The notes under the pieces were generated by a model. That model saw nothing but the letters and a program-made list of their open reading frames with translations, did no database searches and had not been told where the DNA came from. A program made the translations under genes and the position numbers. Below are positions 50,567-60,156 of a stretch of DNA of 64,000 bases, in pieces; position 1 is the stretch's first letter; every line of letters begins with the position of its first letter. Location of the stretch: positions 287 to 64,286 of the forward strand of contig JAYOFO010000008.1 of the NCBI GenBank assembly GCA_038117265.1. The letters are read 5' to 3'. Source of the stretch: Rhodospirillaceae bacterium (lineage in GTDB: Bacteria; Pseudomonadota; Alphaproteobacteria; UBA6615).

Positions 50567-51960
50567 AGGAGGACGATCGCCGCGAGGCCCAGGAAGGCCA
50601 GGAACCCGACCACATCGGTCACCGTGGTCAGGACGACCGCGGATGCCACCGCGGGATCGATCTTCATGCGGTCGAGAACGATCGGGATCGCAACACCGGC
50701 AAACCCGGCGAACACCAGGTTGATGATCATGGCGGCGGCGATGATGAAGCCGATCGACAATGTCTCGAACCAGAACCAGGCGATTGCCCCCATCAGGAGC
50801 GCAAAGACGAGTCCGTTGATGCCGCCGACGATCACCTCCTTGCCGACGATGCGTGCCGCGTTCGTCGTCGTCAGCTCCTTCATCGCCAGCGCGCGCACGG
50901 CGACCGTGAGCGTCTGGGTGCCGGCATTACCGCCCATCGATGCGACGATGGGCATCAGGACCGCGAGGGCGACGACCTTCTCGATCGCGGCATCGAACAG
51001 GCCGATCACCAGCGACGCGACGATGGCCGTGCCGAGGTTTACGAGCAGCCAGGAAAACCGCGCCCGTGTGGTGTCCAGGACCGCCTCGTAGAAATCGTCT
51101 TCGCGCACACCGCCGAGGCGCATCAGGTCTTCCTCCGCCTCCTCGTGGACGACGTGCACGACGTCGTCGGCGGTGATCACGCCGACCAGCCGGCCGTCCT
51201 CGTCGACCACCGGCGCCGAGACCAGCGCATACTGGCTGAACATCAGCGCGACCTCTTCCTGGTCCATCGCCGTGCGCGCGGCCCGCAGGTCGGTCAGCAT
51301 GATGTCGTCGATGCGGACCTCGCGCTGATTGCGCATCAAGCGCGACAGCGGAATCGCGCCGACGGGCTTGCGCTCCTCGTCGACGACGTAGATTTCGTAG
51401 AAATCGCGCGGCAGGTGCGATGCGCGCGCACGCATGTAGTCGATCGTGTTGCCCACCGACCAGTTGCGTGGCACGGTCACCAGCTCGCGCTGCATCAGGC
51501 GACCGGCGCTCTCCTCGGGATAGGTCAGCGCCTGTTCCAGAAGCGCGCGGTCGGACGGCGAGAGCTGCTCGAGAACCTGCGGCTGATCGGCCTCGGCGAT
51601 GTCCTCGAACACGTCGAGGGCGTCGTCCGTCTCCAGCACGGTGATCGCCGCAGCGACCTCCGCCGGCGTCAGCGCCTCGAGGACGCCTTCGCGGACGACA
51701 TCGTCGAGATGGGTCAGGACTTCGGGATCGAGCCGGTCGCGAACATGTTGGAGAAAACGTCCCCGGTTGTCTGGCGTCAGCTCCTCGAGCAGGTCTGCCA
51801 GGTCCGAGGCATGCAGATCGGCGATCAGGCCTTCCAGGTCCGCGATCCGGTCCTCGGCGAGGGCGGCCTCGCAGGCGCGCACGAGCGTCTCGTCAACGCC
51901 GTAGCTGCGTTCGGCCTCGACCGCCGCCTCCTGAACGCCCATGTCCACCTGCTGGACCAT
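50563..51960 (-). CDS. mgtE: Magnesium transporter MgtE
   Basis: MgtE N domain, tandem CBS domains, C-terminal TM domain (VLMPIVASMGGNAGTQTL); start at MVQQVDMG; 4-nt overlap with S9 peptidase gene. Confidence 0.85.
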   Translation of the reverse strand: MVQQVDMGVQEAAVEAERSYGVDETLVRACEAALAEDRIADLEGLIADLHASDLADLLEELTPDNRGRFLQHVRDRLDPEVLTHLDDVVREGVLEALTPAEVAAAITVLETDDALDVFEDIAEADQPQVLEQLSPSDRALLEQALTYPEESAGRLMQRELVTVPRNWSVGNTIDYMRARASHLPRDFYEIYVVDEERKPVGAIPLSRLMRNQREVRIDDIMLTDLRAARTAMDQEEVALMFSQYALVSAPVVDEDGRLVGVITADDVVHVVHEEAEEDLMRLGGVREDDFYEAVLDTTRARFSWLLVNLGTAIVASLVIGLFDAAIEKVVALAVLMPIVASMGGNAGTQTLTVAVRALAMKELTTTNAARIVGKEVIVGGINGLVFALLMGAIAWFWFETLSIGFIIAAAMIINLVFAGFAGVAIPIVLDRMKIDPAVASAVVLTTVTDVVGFLAFLGLAAIVLL

Positions 51961-52167
51961 CGCAACTCCGATACCGTATTTCCGCCGGGCCGTATCCGGC
52001 ACCGTCAGATGTGGGCGGGCGTCGCTCGGCCGGCAATATCCGTCCGGTCCGCGGATGGAAATATTGTTCGCCCGAACCGCCGAGGCCTTGATGCGTGATC
52101 GGTCGGGCGCTGGCAACCGCAAATACGGAAAAACCGGCCCGAAACCGCTATAGTCGCGGCACGGATC

Positions 52168-52839
52168 ATGACAGCGACGATCGAAACCAGTCCTGGCGAG
52201 ACGCCCGGCACGCCGGAATGGCGCACGGCACACGGCCTGACGCCCTATGGTGAGGCCCTGGCCGAAATGGAGGCACGCGTGGCCGCGATCCATGACGGCG
52301 GAGCGCGCGAACTCGTCTGGCTGGTGGAACATCCGCCGCTCTACACCGCCGGCACCAGCGCCCGTCCGGAGGACTTGCTCGAGCCGGGCCGCTTTCCCGT
52401 GTTCGAGACCGGCCGCGGCGGACAGTACACCTATCACGGCCCGGGACAGCGGGTGGCCTATGCCATGCTCGACCTGCGCGGACGGGGGCAGGACCTGCGC
52501 GCCTATGTGCGCGGCCTGGAAGCCTTGGTAACCGATACGCTCGCGACCTTCGGGGTCGCCGGCGAGCGCCGCGACGGGCGGGTCGGAATCTGGGTGCCGC
52601 GTGGCGACGGCCGCGAGGACAAGATCGCGGCGATCGGCGTGCGCGTGCGGCGCTGGATCACCTACCACGGCGTGTCGATCAACGTGTCGCCCGATCTCGC
52701 GCACTTCTCGGGGATCGTGCCGTGCGGGATCGGTGACGCACATCTGGGCGTGACCAGCCTGGCCGATCTGGGAATCGATGCAGATATGGACGACGTGGAT
52801 GCCGCCCTGCGCGAAAGCTTCGTGCGGGTCTTCGGCTGA
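52168..52839 (+). CDS. lipB: Lipoyl(octanoyl) transferase LipB
   Basis: [12 protein letters not shown], catalytic Cys context SGIVPCGIG, lysine [12 protein letters not shown] region. Confidence 0.85.
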   Translation: MTATIETSPGETPGTPEWRTAHGLTPYGEALAEMEARVAAIHDGGARELVWLVEHPPLYTAGTSARPEDLLEPGRFPVFETGRGGQYTYHGPGQRVAYAMLDLRGRGQDLRAYVRGLEALVTDTLATFGVAGERRDGRVGIWVPRGDGREDKIAAIGVRVRRWITYHGVSINVSPDLAHFSGIVPCGIGDAHLGVTSLADLGIDADMDDVDAALRESFVRVFG

Positions 52840-52843
52840 CGAC

Positions 52844-53134
52844 CTAGGCGGTCGGAAGCTGCCGGAAGCCGGAGCCCACAAGCGGGCCGGGATCCGTCTC
52901 CTCGCATTCGACAGTGTCGACCCGGGCTGCGGGCGGTCCGGCGTGGCAGCGCGCGATCATCGCCTCGACGGCTTCGGCCGGGCCGGCAAAGACGGCCTCG
53001 ACGGATCCGTCGGACCGGTTGCGGACCCATCCGTCAAGACCGAGCCCCGACGCGTTGCTCACCGTCCAGCCGCGAAACCACACGCCCTGAACGCGCCCGC
53101 GAACCGCCACACGGACGCCGCGCGGGGCAGCCAC
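52844..53134 (-). CDS. acyP: Acylphosphatase
   Basis: 96 aa, VRGRVQGVWFR and GWVRNRSDGSVE signature. Confidence 0.8.
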   Translation of the reverse strand: MAAPRGVRVAVRGRVQGVWFRGWTVSNASGLGLDGWVRNRSDGSVEAVFAGPAEAVEAMIARCHAGPPAARVDTVECEETDPGPLVGSGFRQLPTA

Positions 53135-55122
53135 TACTCGAACTCGACGATCGCCTGGTCGACGCGGAGGCTGTCGCCCGGCGCGGCATGGATTTCCTTG
53201 ACCACCCCGTCGGATACGGCGCGAAGGACGTTCTCCATCTTCATCGCCTCGACCACGGCAACTTCCTCGCCGGCGCGCACCTGGGTGCCCGGCTCGACCG
53301 CGACCGAGACCAGCAGCCCCGGCATGGGAGAAAGAACGAACCGGCTGAGATCCGGCGGCACCTTCTCGGGCATTTTGGCATCGAATTCCGCGGCGCGCGG
53401 TGTGAGCACGCGAAACTCGGCCTCGATGCCGCGGTGCGTGAGGCGATATCCGACGCCGAGGCGGTCGATCTGGAACGTCGCCGGCTCTCCGTCGAACCGT
53501 GCCACGAATACGGGATCACCCAGCCCCCAGCCGGTCTCGACAGCGATGTCGCGTCCCTCGATCGCGGCGGTCGCACCACCACCGAAGTGCGCGACACGCG
53601 CCGCGATCGCGGTATCGCCCAACCGTACGACCCAGTCCTGGGGCGCCGACGGAGCGGCTGGCGCCCCGCCCTTCCCGTTCATTTGCGCGCGCGCGGCATA
53701 ACGACCGTGCACCACCGCCGCGACCGCCACGAACCGGTCGCGCAGGGTCCCTTCCGGCGCCGCGGGCGCATAACCCTCGGGATACTCCTCGGCGATGAAG
53801 TTCGTCGTCAGCCGTCCTTCGACGAAACGCGGATGCGCCATGATCGACGCCAGGAAGGCGGTGTTGTGCCCTGTCCCGCGGATGTAATAGGCGTCGAGCG
53901 CGTCCTGCATGCGCGCGATGGCCGCGTTCCGATCCGCCCCGTGGGTCGCCAGCTTGGCAATCATCGGGTCGTAGAACATCGAGATCTCGGAGCCCTCGCC
54001 CACGCCCGTGTCGATGCGCACCGTCGTGCCGTCCTCGACCGGCGTGCGATAGCGCGCGAGGCGTCCGATCGCGGGCAGGAAGTTGCGCGCCGGGTCTTCC
54101 GCATACACGCGCGCCTCGATCGCCCAGCCGTCGAGCTTCACGTCGGCCTGCGACATCGACAGCTTCTCGCCGTTGGCCACGCGGATCATCTGTTCGACGA
54201 GGTCGAGGCCCGTGATCATCTCCGTCACCGGGTGTTCGACCTGCAGGCGGGTGTTCATCTCGAGGAAGTAGAAGTTCCGGTCCTTGTCGACGATGAACTC
54301 GACCGTCCCCGCCGACCGGTACCCGACCGCCGCGGCCAGCGCGCAGGCCTGCGCGCCCATGGCCGCACGCGTCTCGGCATCGAGGAACGGCGACGGCGCC
54401 TCCTCGATCACCTTCTGGTGGCGACGCTGGATCGAGCATTCGCGCTCGCCGAGGTAGATGACGTTGCCATGGGCATCCGCCAGCACCTGGATCTCGATAT
54501 GACGTGGCTCCTCGATGAACTTCTCGATGAACACCCGGTCGTCGCCGAAGCTGGAGCGGGCCTCGTTCTGGGCGGAGCGGAAGCCCTCGCGGGTCTTACC
54601 CGCGTCGTGGGCGATGCGCATGCCCTTGCCGCCGCCGCCCGCCGACGCCTTGATCATGACCGGATAGCCGATGCTGTCGGCGATCCGGACGGCCTCGGCG
54701 TCGTCGGCGATAATTCCCATATGGCCGGGCACGGTGCTCACGCCCGCCGCGTCCGCCAGCTTCTTGGATTCGATCTTGTCGCCCATGGCGGCAATCGCAT
54801 CGGGCGGCGGACCGATGAAGGCAACGCCCTCGGCCTCCAGCGCACGGGCGAAGGCCGCGTTTTCGGACAGGAAACCGTAGCCGGGATGGACCGCCTCGGC
54901 ACCGGTGGCGCGGATGGCGTCGAATATCCTGTCGGCCACGAGATAGCTCTCCGCCGCAGGCGAAGGGCCGATGTGGACGGCCTCATCGGCCATCGTCACG
55001 GCAAGCGAACCCGCGTCCGCATCGGAGTACACCGCGACGGTCGCGATCCCCATTTTCCGGGCCGTCCGGATCACCCGACAGGCGATCTCTCCCCGGTTTG
55101 CGACGAGAATCTTCGTAAACAT
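53134..55122 (-). CDS. pccA: Propionyl-CoA/acetyl-CoA carboxylase alpha subunit (biotin carboxylase + BCCP)
   Basis: MFTKILVANRGEIACRV biotin carboxylase N-terminus, ATP-grasp, C-terminal biotinyl motif EAMKMEN. Confidence 0.85.
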   Translation of the reverse strand: MFTKILVANRGEIACRVIRTARKMGIATVAVYSDADAGSLAVTMADEAVHIGPSPAAESYLVADRIFDAIRATGAEAVHPGYGFLSENAAFARALEAEGVAFIGPPPDAIAAMGDKIESKKLADAAGVSTVPGHMGIIADDAEAVRIADSIGYPVMIKASAGGGGKGMRIAHDAGKTREGFRSAQNEARSSFGDDRVFIEKFIEEPRHIEIQVLADAHGNVIYLGERECSIQRRHQKVIEEAPSPFLDAETRAAMGAQACALAAAVGYRSAGTVEFIVDKDRNFYFLEMNTRLQVEHPVTEMITGLDLVEQMIRVANGEKLSMSQADVKLDGWAIEARVYAEDPARNFLPAIGRLARYRTPVEDGTTVRIDTGVGEGSEISMFYDPMIAKLATHGADRNAAIARMQDALDAYYIRGTGHNTAFLASIMAHPRFVEGRLTTNFIAEEYPEGYAPAAPEGTLRDRFVAVAAVVHGRYAARAQMNGKGGAPAAPSAPQDWVVRLGDTAIAARVAHFGGGATAAIEGRDIAVETGWGLGDPVFVARFDGEPATFQIDRLGVGYRLTHRGIEAEFRVLTPRAAEFDAKMPEKVPPDLSRFVLSPMPGLLVSVAVEPGTQVRAGEEVAVVEAMKMENVLRAVSDGVVKEIHAAPGDSLRVDQAIVEFE

Positions 55123-55233
55123 GGCGGCGAAACCTACGCAACCGTGTTGCAGCGCGCAATCGATCAATCGTGGGACGCGGAACTTACGACCATGCAATGG
55201 ACGGCGCGCGATCTCCGCCTTAGCCTGCAGCCA

Positions 55234-55879
55234 TGAAAAAAAATCGGCCAAGACCGCATTCTCCGAAGATCACAGGCGCGGACTGCATCTGCCGCTTGCC
55301 GCCGTGCTAATCGGCGGCGTGACGCTTCTTATCGCCGCCGCGGTGGGAAGTGTCCTGCTGACCACCCTGACGAGCGCGACGCGCAGCACATTCGAACTCG
55401 TGGCCGAACGCGCGGAAGGCACGCTCGACAAGTATATCGGCGATGCGATCATGGCGTTCTGGGGTGCGCCCGAGCATTTGCCCGACCACGCCGACCGCGC
55501 CTTGCGTGCCGCCGCCGAAATCCAGCGGCGCGTATGTGCCGACAATGACGCGCGGCGCGCACGCGGCGAACCGCCATTGGCGATCCGGATCGGCGTCCAC
55601 ACCGGTCCGGTCGTGGTGGGCAACATCGGCTCGCGCAGTCGCGTCAACTACACCATCGTCGGCGATACCGTGAACACCGCCTCGCGGATCGACTCGCTGG
55701 CCAAGGACTTCGCATCCGAGGAGGACTGCATCGTCCTCGTGAGCGGGGACACGTGCGCGCACGTGACCGAAGCTGCGGGGGCCGGCTTCGTTCTGACCGG
55801 TCTCGGCGATCACGAAATCCGCGGGCGCCAAGGCACGGTCGCGGTGTTCCGGCTGGACGCCGGCGAGGCGTCGGGCTAA
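55234..55879 (+). pseudogene. Remnant class III adenylate/guanylate cyclase (TM helix fused to C-terminal half of the cyclase homology domain)
   Basis: LDKYIGDAIMAFWGAP...IRIGVHTGPVVVGNIGSRSRVNYTIVGDTVNTASRIDSL matches the second half of a CHD; the N-terminal half with the first metal-binding Asp is absent and replaced by a hydrophobic segment. The nearest ATG (55234) is out of frame across an A8 homopolymer. Confidence 0.5.
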
Positions 55880-55889
55880 GCAGCCGACC

Positions 55890-56630
55890 ATGGACGCCGA
55901 AGAACTCCAACGCCGCGTTGCGGCCTTCCCCTACTGGTACCACCGGATCGAATTGCCCGGCGGCGTGACAACGCCCGGCTGGGCGCCGCTGTCTGTGGAT
56001 GCCTACCGCATCCCCGACGACCTGACGGGCAAGCGGGTGCTGGATATCGGGGCCTGGGACGGTTTCTGGACCTTCGAGGCGCTGCGCCGCGGCGCCAGCC
56101 AGGTGATCGCCATCGACGATTTTTCCGACTTCGTCGGCCAGATCGAGGCCGAGGACCGACGTGCCTGGGAAACGTTCGACCTGTGCCGCGAAGCGCTCGG
56201 GCATGACCATGAGCGGTGCCAGCGCCACGAGATGACGGTCTATGACCTGGCCCCCGAGACGTTCGGGACGTTCGATGTCGTGCTCTGCTTCGGCGTCCTC
56301 TATCACCTGCGCTGGCCGATGTATGCGATCGACCGGATGGCGGCCGTTTGCACCGGCGATCTGTTCATGGAATCCGCCATCGCCGACGACTTCAGCGCCT
56401 ATCGCGGCGGGCTGGGCGCGGGCTTCGGCGGCGACATGGTGATGGAGTTCTATCCCAACGACGAGTACGGCGAGAACGAGACCAACTGGTGGGCCCCGAC
56501 CCTGCGCTGCATGGGAAGCATGGTGAAGGCGGCAGGCTTCGATGCCGTTCGGGGATGGAAGCTGACCGACGCGCCGGAGCGGGTCTCGCAGTGCCGCGGC
56601 TTCGTGTGGGGCAGCCGCACCGCCGGCTAG
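55890..56630 (+). CDS. Class I SAM-dependent methyltransferase (DUF1698/CmoB-like fold)
   Basis: FPYWYHRIELPGG N-terminal motif, SAM motif I VLDIGAWDGFWTFEAL, motif II DVVLCFGVLYH. Confidence 0.65.
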   Translation: MDAEELQRRVAAFPYWYHRIELPGGVTTPGWAPLSVDAYRIPDDLTGKRVLDIGAWDGFWTFEALRRGASQVIAIDDFSDFVGQIEAEDRRAWETFDLCREALGHDHERCQRHEMTVYDLAPETFGTFDVVLCFGVLYHLRWPMYAIDRMAAVCTGDLFMESAIADDFSAYRGGLGAGFGGDMVMEFYPNDEYGENETNWWAPTLRCMGSMVKAAGFDAVRGWKLTDAPERVSQCRGFVWGSRTAG

Positions 56631-56702
56631 GCCCCGCGCCTTGACAGCCACTGCAACCCGGCCAACCATCGATATCTCACCGTCTACCGACTAACGGCCA
56701 AT

Positions 56703-56918
56703 ATGACGACCGTCATCTCCGAACACGCCACCGTCCACACGGCCCGGGCACGGGCCGAAGGCGATGATTTGTGGATCGACAACGATGCCCTGGAACCGGC
56801 CACGGGCTGGTCGATCAAGCCCGAGGGTTTGTGTCACGGCCCGATCTGCGTTCCCGTTCCGCGCGATGCGGCCGGCGCCTATGTGCGCGACGGCGCGGTC
56901 AACATCGCGGCGTTCTAG
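56703..56918 (+). CDS. Small hypothetical protein (71 aa) with C-x5-C motif, ends at in-frame TAG, in the same frame as the downstream redoxin ORF
   Basis: MTTVISEH...GWSIKPEGLCHGPICVPVP...AAF; no family recognised; could be an independent small gene or a decayed N-terminal segment of the downstream ORF. Confidence 0.3.
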   Translation: MTTVISEHATVHTARARAEGDDLWIDNDALEPATGWSIKPEGLCHGPICVPVPRDAAGAYVRDGAVNIAAF

Positions 56919-56966
56919 CGCCGGCTCGACAAGCTGATCGCGCGCTCCGAGGCGGGCGACGTCTGG

Positions 56967-57806
56967 GTGTTGGGCGAAGGGGCCGCGGATCGCCTGGCGG
57001 CGCTGCGCTCGCTGGAGGCGCCCGATTTCACCCTGCCCGATGTCGATGGCAATCCCGTCTCGCTGTCGAACTTCCGGGGCAAAAAGGTCCTGCTGGCCAG
57101 CTGGGCATCCTGGTGACGCTGCCGCGAGGACCTGTCCGTGTGGCAGGAACTATATGACGAGCTGAAGGAAACGGGTTTCACCATCATCGCCGTGGCGCTC
57201 GATTCCGACCTGGATGCCGTGCGCCACTGGTACGAGGCGGCCGGGAACCCGGACTATCCGGTTCTCATCGACCGCACGCACCGCCTCGCCGACCTGTACA
57301 ATCTGGTGAACGTGCCGCAGGCGATCTGGATCGACGAGGACCGGAAGATCGTCCGGCCGCCGGAGACGGCGGGCTATTACGATTCTATTCGCTTCATGGA
57401 CCCCGAGACGATGGCCGTTCCCGAGGCCGAAGCCGCAAAGGTCGGCGAGGCACGCAGAATCTATCTCGCCGCCATCCACGACTGGATCGAACACGGCGCC
57501 GACAGCCGCTTCGCCAAACCCGCGAACGAGGCGGCAACCGGGATGCCCGAGGCGACCGAAATGACGGCGCTGGCGCACGCGCTGATCCGCCTCGGCCGGC
57601 ACCTGAACGACCTCGGTCGCGCCGACGAGGCCGCGCGGCACATGGCCGAGGCGAGCCGGCTGCACCCCGATTCCTGGGCCATGTGGCGGCAGGCAGCGGA
57701 AAAGAACGCCGCCGGGCTGGCGACGACGCCGGAGTTCCTCGCGCGCGTTCGGGCGCTCGGCGAGAAGCGCTACTACCCGCCGCCCGACATCGAGGGCATG
57801 CCCTGA
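56967..57806 (+). CDS. TlpA/redoxin-family thioredoxin-fold protein with in-frame TGA at the redox-active position (candidate selenoprotein, or pseudogene)
   Basis: APDFTLPDVDGNPVSLSNFRGKKVLLASWASW-TGA-RCREDL...TGFTIIAVALDSD aligns with the TlpA/ResA block FRGK.LLVNFWASWCxPCRxE with TGA (57114-57116) in place of the first active-site Cys; the frame stays open to 57806 (C-terminal helical extension). Start GTG 56967 or TTG 56970 after in-frame TAG 56916. Confidence 0.45.
57114..57147 (+). other. In-frame UGA plus downstream hairpin (candidate bacterial SECIS position)
   Basis: UGA at 57114-57116; CUGCC (57119-57123) pairs with GGCAG (57142-57146) enclosing an imperfect inner helix with a GU-containing apical region; not validated. 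Confidence 0.25.
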
Positions 57807-57833
57807 GGCCCGAGCCCGGGTGCGAAATTCGCC

Positions 57834-59366
57834 CTAGAGCGGAATGTTGTCGTGCTTCTTCCAGGGGTTCTCGAGCTGCTTGTTCTCGAGCAGGCGCAGC
57901 GCCCGGCAGATGCGCCGCCGCGTCGAATGTGGGTAGATCACGTCGTCGATGAAGCCCTTCTGGGCCGCCACGAACGGGTTTGCGAACCGCTTGCGGTACT
58001 CCTCGGTCCGCGCCTCGATCTTCGCCGGATCTTCGCGATCCTCGCGATAGATGATCTCCACCGCCCCCTTCGGTCCCATCACCGCGATCTCAGCCGTTGG
58101 CCAGGCATAGTTCACGTCGCCCCGGATGTGCTTCGACGACATGACGTCGTAGGCGCCGCCATAGGCCTTGCGGATGATTACCGTGACCTTCGGCACCGTC
58201 GCCTCGGCATAGGCGAACAGCAGCTTCGCGCCGTGCTTGATGATGCCGCCATACTCCTGCACGGTGCCCGGCAGGAATCCCGGCACGTCCACGAAGGTGA
58301 CGATCGGGATATTGAAGCAGTCGCAGAACCGCACGAAGCGCGCGCCCTTCTTGGCGGAATCGATGTCGAGACAGCCGGCGAGCACCATCGGCTGGTTGGC
58401 CACGAATCCGACCGTGCGCCCCTCCATCCGGCCGAAGCCGATAACAATGTTGCCGGCATGCTCGGCCTGCAGTTCGAAGAAATCGCCCTCGTCGACGACC
58501 TTGGTGATCAGTTCCTTGATGTCGTAGGGCTTGCTCGGATCGGGCGGGATCAGCGTGTCGAGCGACGGCTCCAGCCGATCGAACGGGTCGCTCGTCGGCC
58601 ACACCGGGGGGCGCTCACGGTTGTTGAGCGGCAGGAAATCGAAGAACCGGCGAAGCTGCAACAGCATGTCGACGTCGTTCTCGAACGCCCTGTCCGCGAC
58701 GCTCGATTTCGTCGTGTGGGTCGAGGCGCCGCCCAACTCCTCATGGGTGACCTCCTCGTGGGTGACGGTCTTCACCACGTCGGGACCGGTCACGAACATG
58801 TAGGAGGTGTCGCGCACCATGAAGATGAAATCGGTCATCGCCGGCGAATAGACCGCGCCGCCCGCGCACGGCCCCATGATCGCCGAGACCTGCGGGATCA
58901 CGCCCGAGGCGTTGACGTTGCGCTGGAACACGTCGGCATAGCCGGCGAGCGAGCCGACACCTTCCTGAATTCGCGCCCCGCCAGAATCGTTGAGCCCGAG
59001 GACCGGCACCCCGTTCTTCATCGCCATGTCCATGATCTTGCAGATCTTCTGGGCATGCGCCTCCGACAGCGAACCGCCGAAGACCGTGAAGTCCTGGGAG
59101 AAGACGAACACCTTGCGCCCGTTGATCAAGCCCCAGCCGGTGACCACGCCATCGCCGGGGATCGGCTCGATCCCTGCGGTCATCTCGTTCGGCGCCTGTT
59201 CGACGAACATGTCGAACTCCTCGAAACTGTTCTCGTCGAGCAGGAGTTCGATGCGCTCTCGCGCCGTCAGCTTCCCCTTGGTGTGCTGGGACTCGATCCG
59301 GCGCTCTCCGCCGCCGAGCCGCGCGCGGGCGCGCCGCGCTTCCAGTTGATCCAGAATGTCCTGCAT
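57834..59366 (-). CDS. pccB: Propionyl-CoA carboxylase beta subunit (carboxyltransferase)
   Basis: 510 aa, two carboxyltransferase domains ([29 protein letters not shown]). Confidence 0.9.
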   Translation of the reverse strand: MQDILDQLEARRARARLGGGERRIESQHTKGKLTARERIELLLDENSFEEFDMFVEQAPNEMTAGIEPIPGDGVVTGWGLINGRKVFVFSQDFTVFGGSLSEAHAQKICKIMDMAMKNGVPVLGLNDSGGARIQEGVGSLAGYADVFQRNVNASGVIPQVSAIMGPCAGGAVYSPAMTDFIFMVRDTSYMFVTGPDVVKTVTHEEVTHEELGGASTHTTKSSVADRAFENDVDMLLQLRRFFDFLPLNNRERPPVWPTSDPFDRLEPSLDTLIPPDPSKPYDIKELITKVVDEGDFFELQAEHAGNIVIGFGRMEGRTVGFVANQPMVLAGCLDIDSAKKGARFVRFCDCFNIPIVTFVDVPGFLPGTVQEYGGIIKHGAKLLFAYAEATVPKVTVIIRKAYGGAYDVMSSKHIRGDVNYAWPTAEIAVMGPKGAVEIIYREDREDPAKIEARTEEYRKRFANPFVAAQKGFIDDVIYPHSTRRRICRALRLLENKQLENPWKKHDNIPL

Positions 59367-59446
59367 CGCGCATCCCCGTGCACGTTCGTGTCAGGGATCA
59401 AATAGCAGGTTTTCGGAGAGTCAGACCAGTTGGCACGAATGGCGGC

Positions 59447-60151
59447 TCAGCCGGCGCGCAACAGCTCCAGGAACGCAGCCGCGCACTCGATCTCGTCCCT
59501 GAGGGCCGCGCGACGGCGCGACGCTTCCGCATCCGCGCCCCACACCTCCTCCTGGAACGATTCGTCGAGCTGACTGACTTCCACCGCCGCCGGGGCATCG
59601 AGCCGCCCGTGGGACAGTGCCAGCGCGACCACCACCGAGCCGCTCGCCGCCACCGCCACGCCAAGCGCGGCCAGCTCGAAATGATCATGGGCGTCCACCG
59701 CGGCGCGCAACCGTTCGATCGCTTCCGGCGGCTGATCGACCGGCAGCAACCCCTCGGTCGCGACCAGCTCGGCGCCGAACGCATCGCGCGTCCATTCGAT
59801 CAGCGGTTCCCATGCCCGCGACTGGCGAACGACGAGGCTCGTGGGCGCCGGCGCGCGATAGCAGACGAGGTCCGTCTCGCCATAGGTCGCCACCCGGTCG
59901 ACATAGGCCCGCCGGTCGGCCGCAACACGATCAAGCGCCGTTGCCGCAATACGCGTCATCGGCATCGCCTCGACGTCGATTTCGTCCCCCTGGCTGCGCC
60001 ATTCCCCGGCGATGGCATCGGCGAGGGCCGCCTTGGGCACGATGAGGTCTCGGCGCAACGGCGTGCGGACCGGCCTGGAATCGAGGCGAACTCCGTAGCC
60101 ATCGACGTGGGCCTCGGGGACAACCGCCACTTCCTTGTAGAAACGCTTCAC
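59447..60151 (-). CDS. ATP12 family F1-ATP synthase assembly chaperone
   Basis: MKRFYKEVAV...TPLRRDLIVPKAALADAIAGEW pattern typical of ATP12 family. Confidence 0.7.
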   Translation of the reverse strand: MKRFYKEVAVVPEAHVDGYGVRLDSRPVRTPLRRDLIVPKAALADAIAGEWRSQGDEIDVEAMPMTRIAATALDRVAADRRAYVDRVATYGETDLVCYRAPAPTSLVVRQSRAWEPLIEWTRDAFGAELVATEGLLPVDQPPEAIERLRAAVDAHDHFELAALGVAVAASGSVVVALALSHGRLDAPAAVEVSQLDESFQEEVWGADAEASRRRAALRDEIECAAAFLELLRAG

Positions 60152-60156
60152 GGGAC

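Noticed and set aside
51961-52167. M-box (ykoK) Mg riboswitch upstream of mgtE
   Set aside because: No match to the conserved M-box core by inspection; such riboswitches are essentially Firmicute features.
56916-56918. In-frame TAG as a pyrrolysine codon
   Set aside because: Pyl decoding is restricted to a few archaeal and Firmicute or deltaproteobacterial lineages with pylTSBCD; nothing in this alphaproteobacterial-type window supports it. A gene boundary or a nonsense mutation is far more likely.
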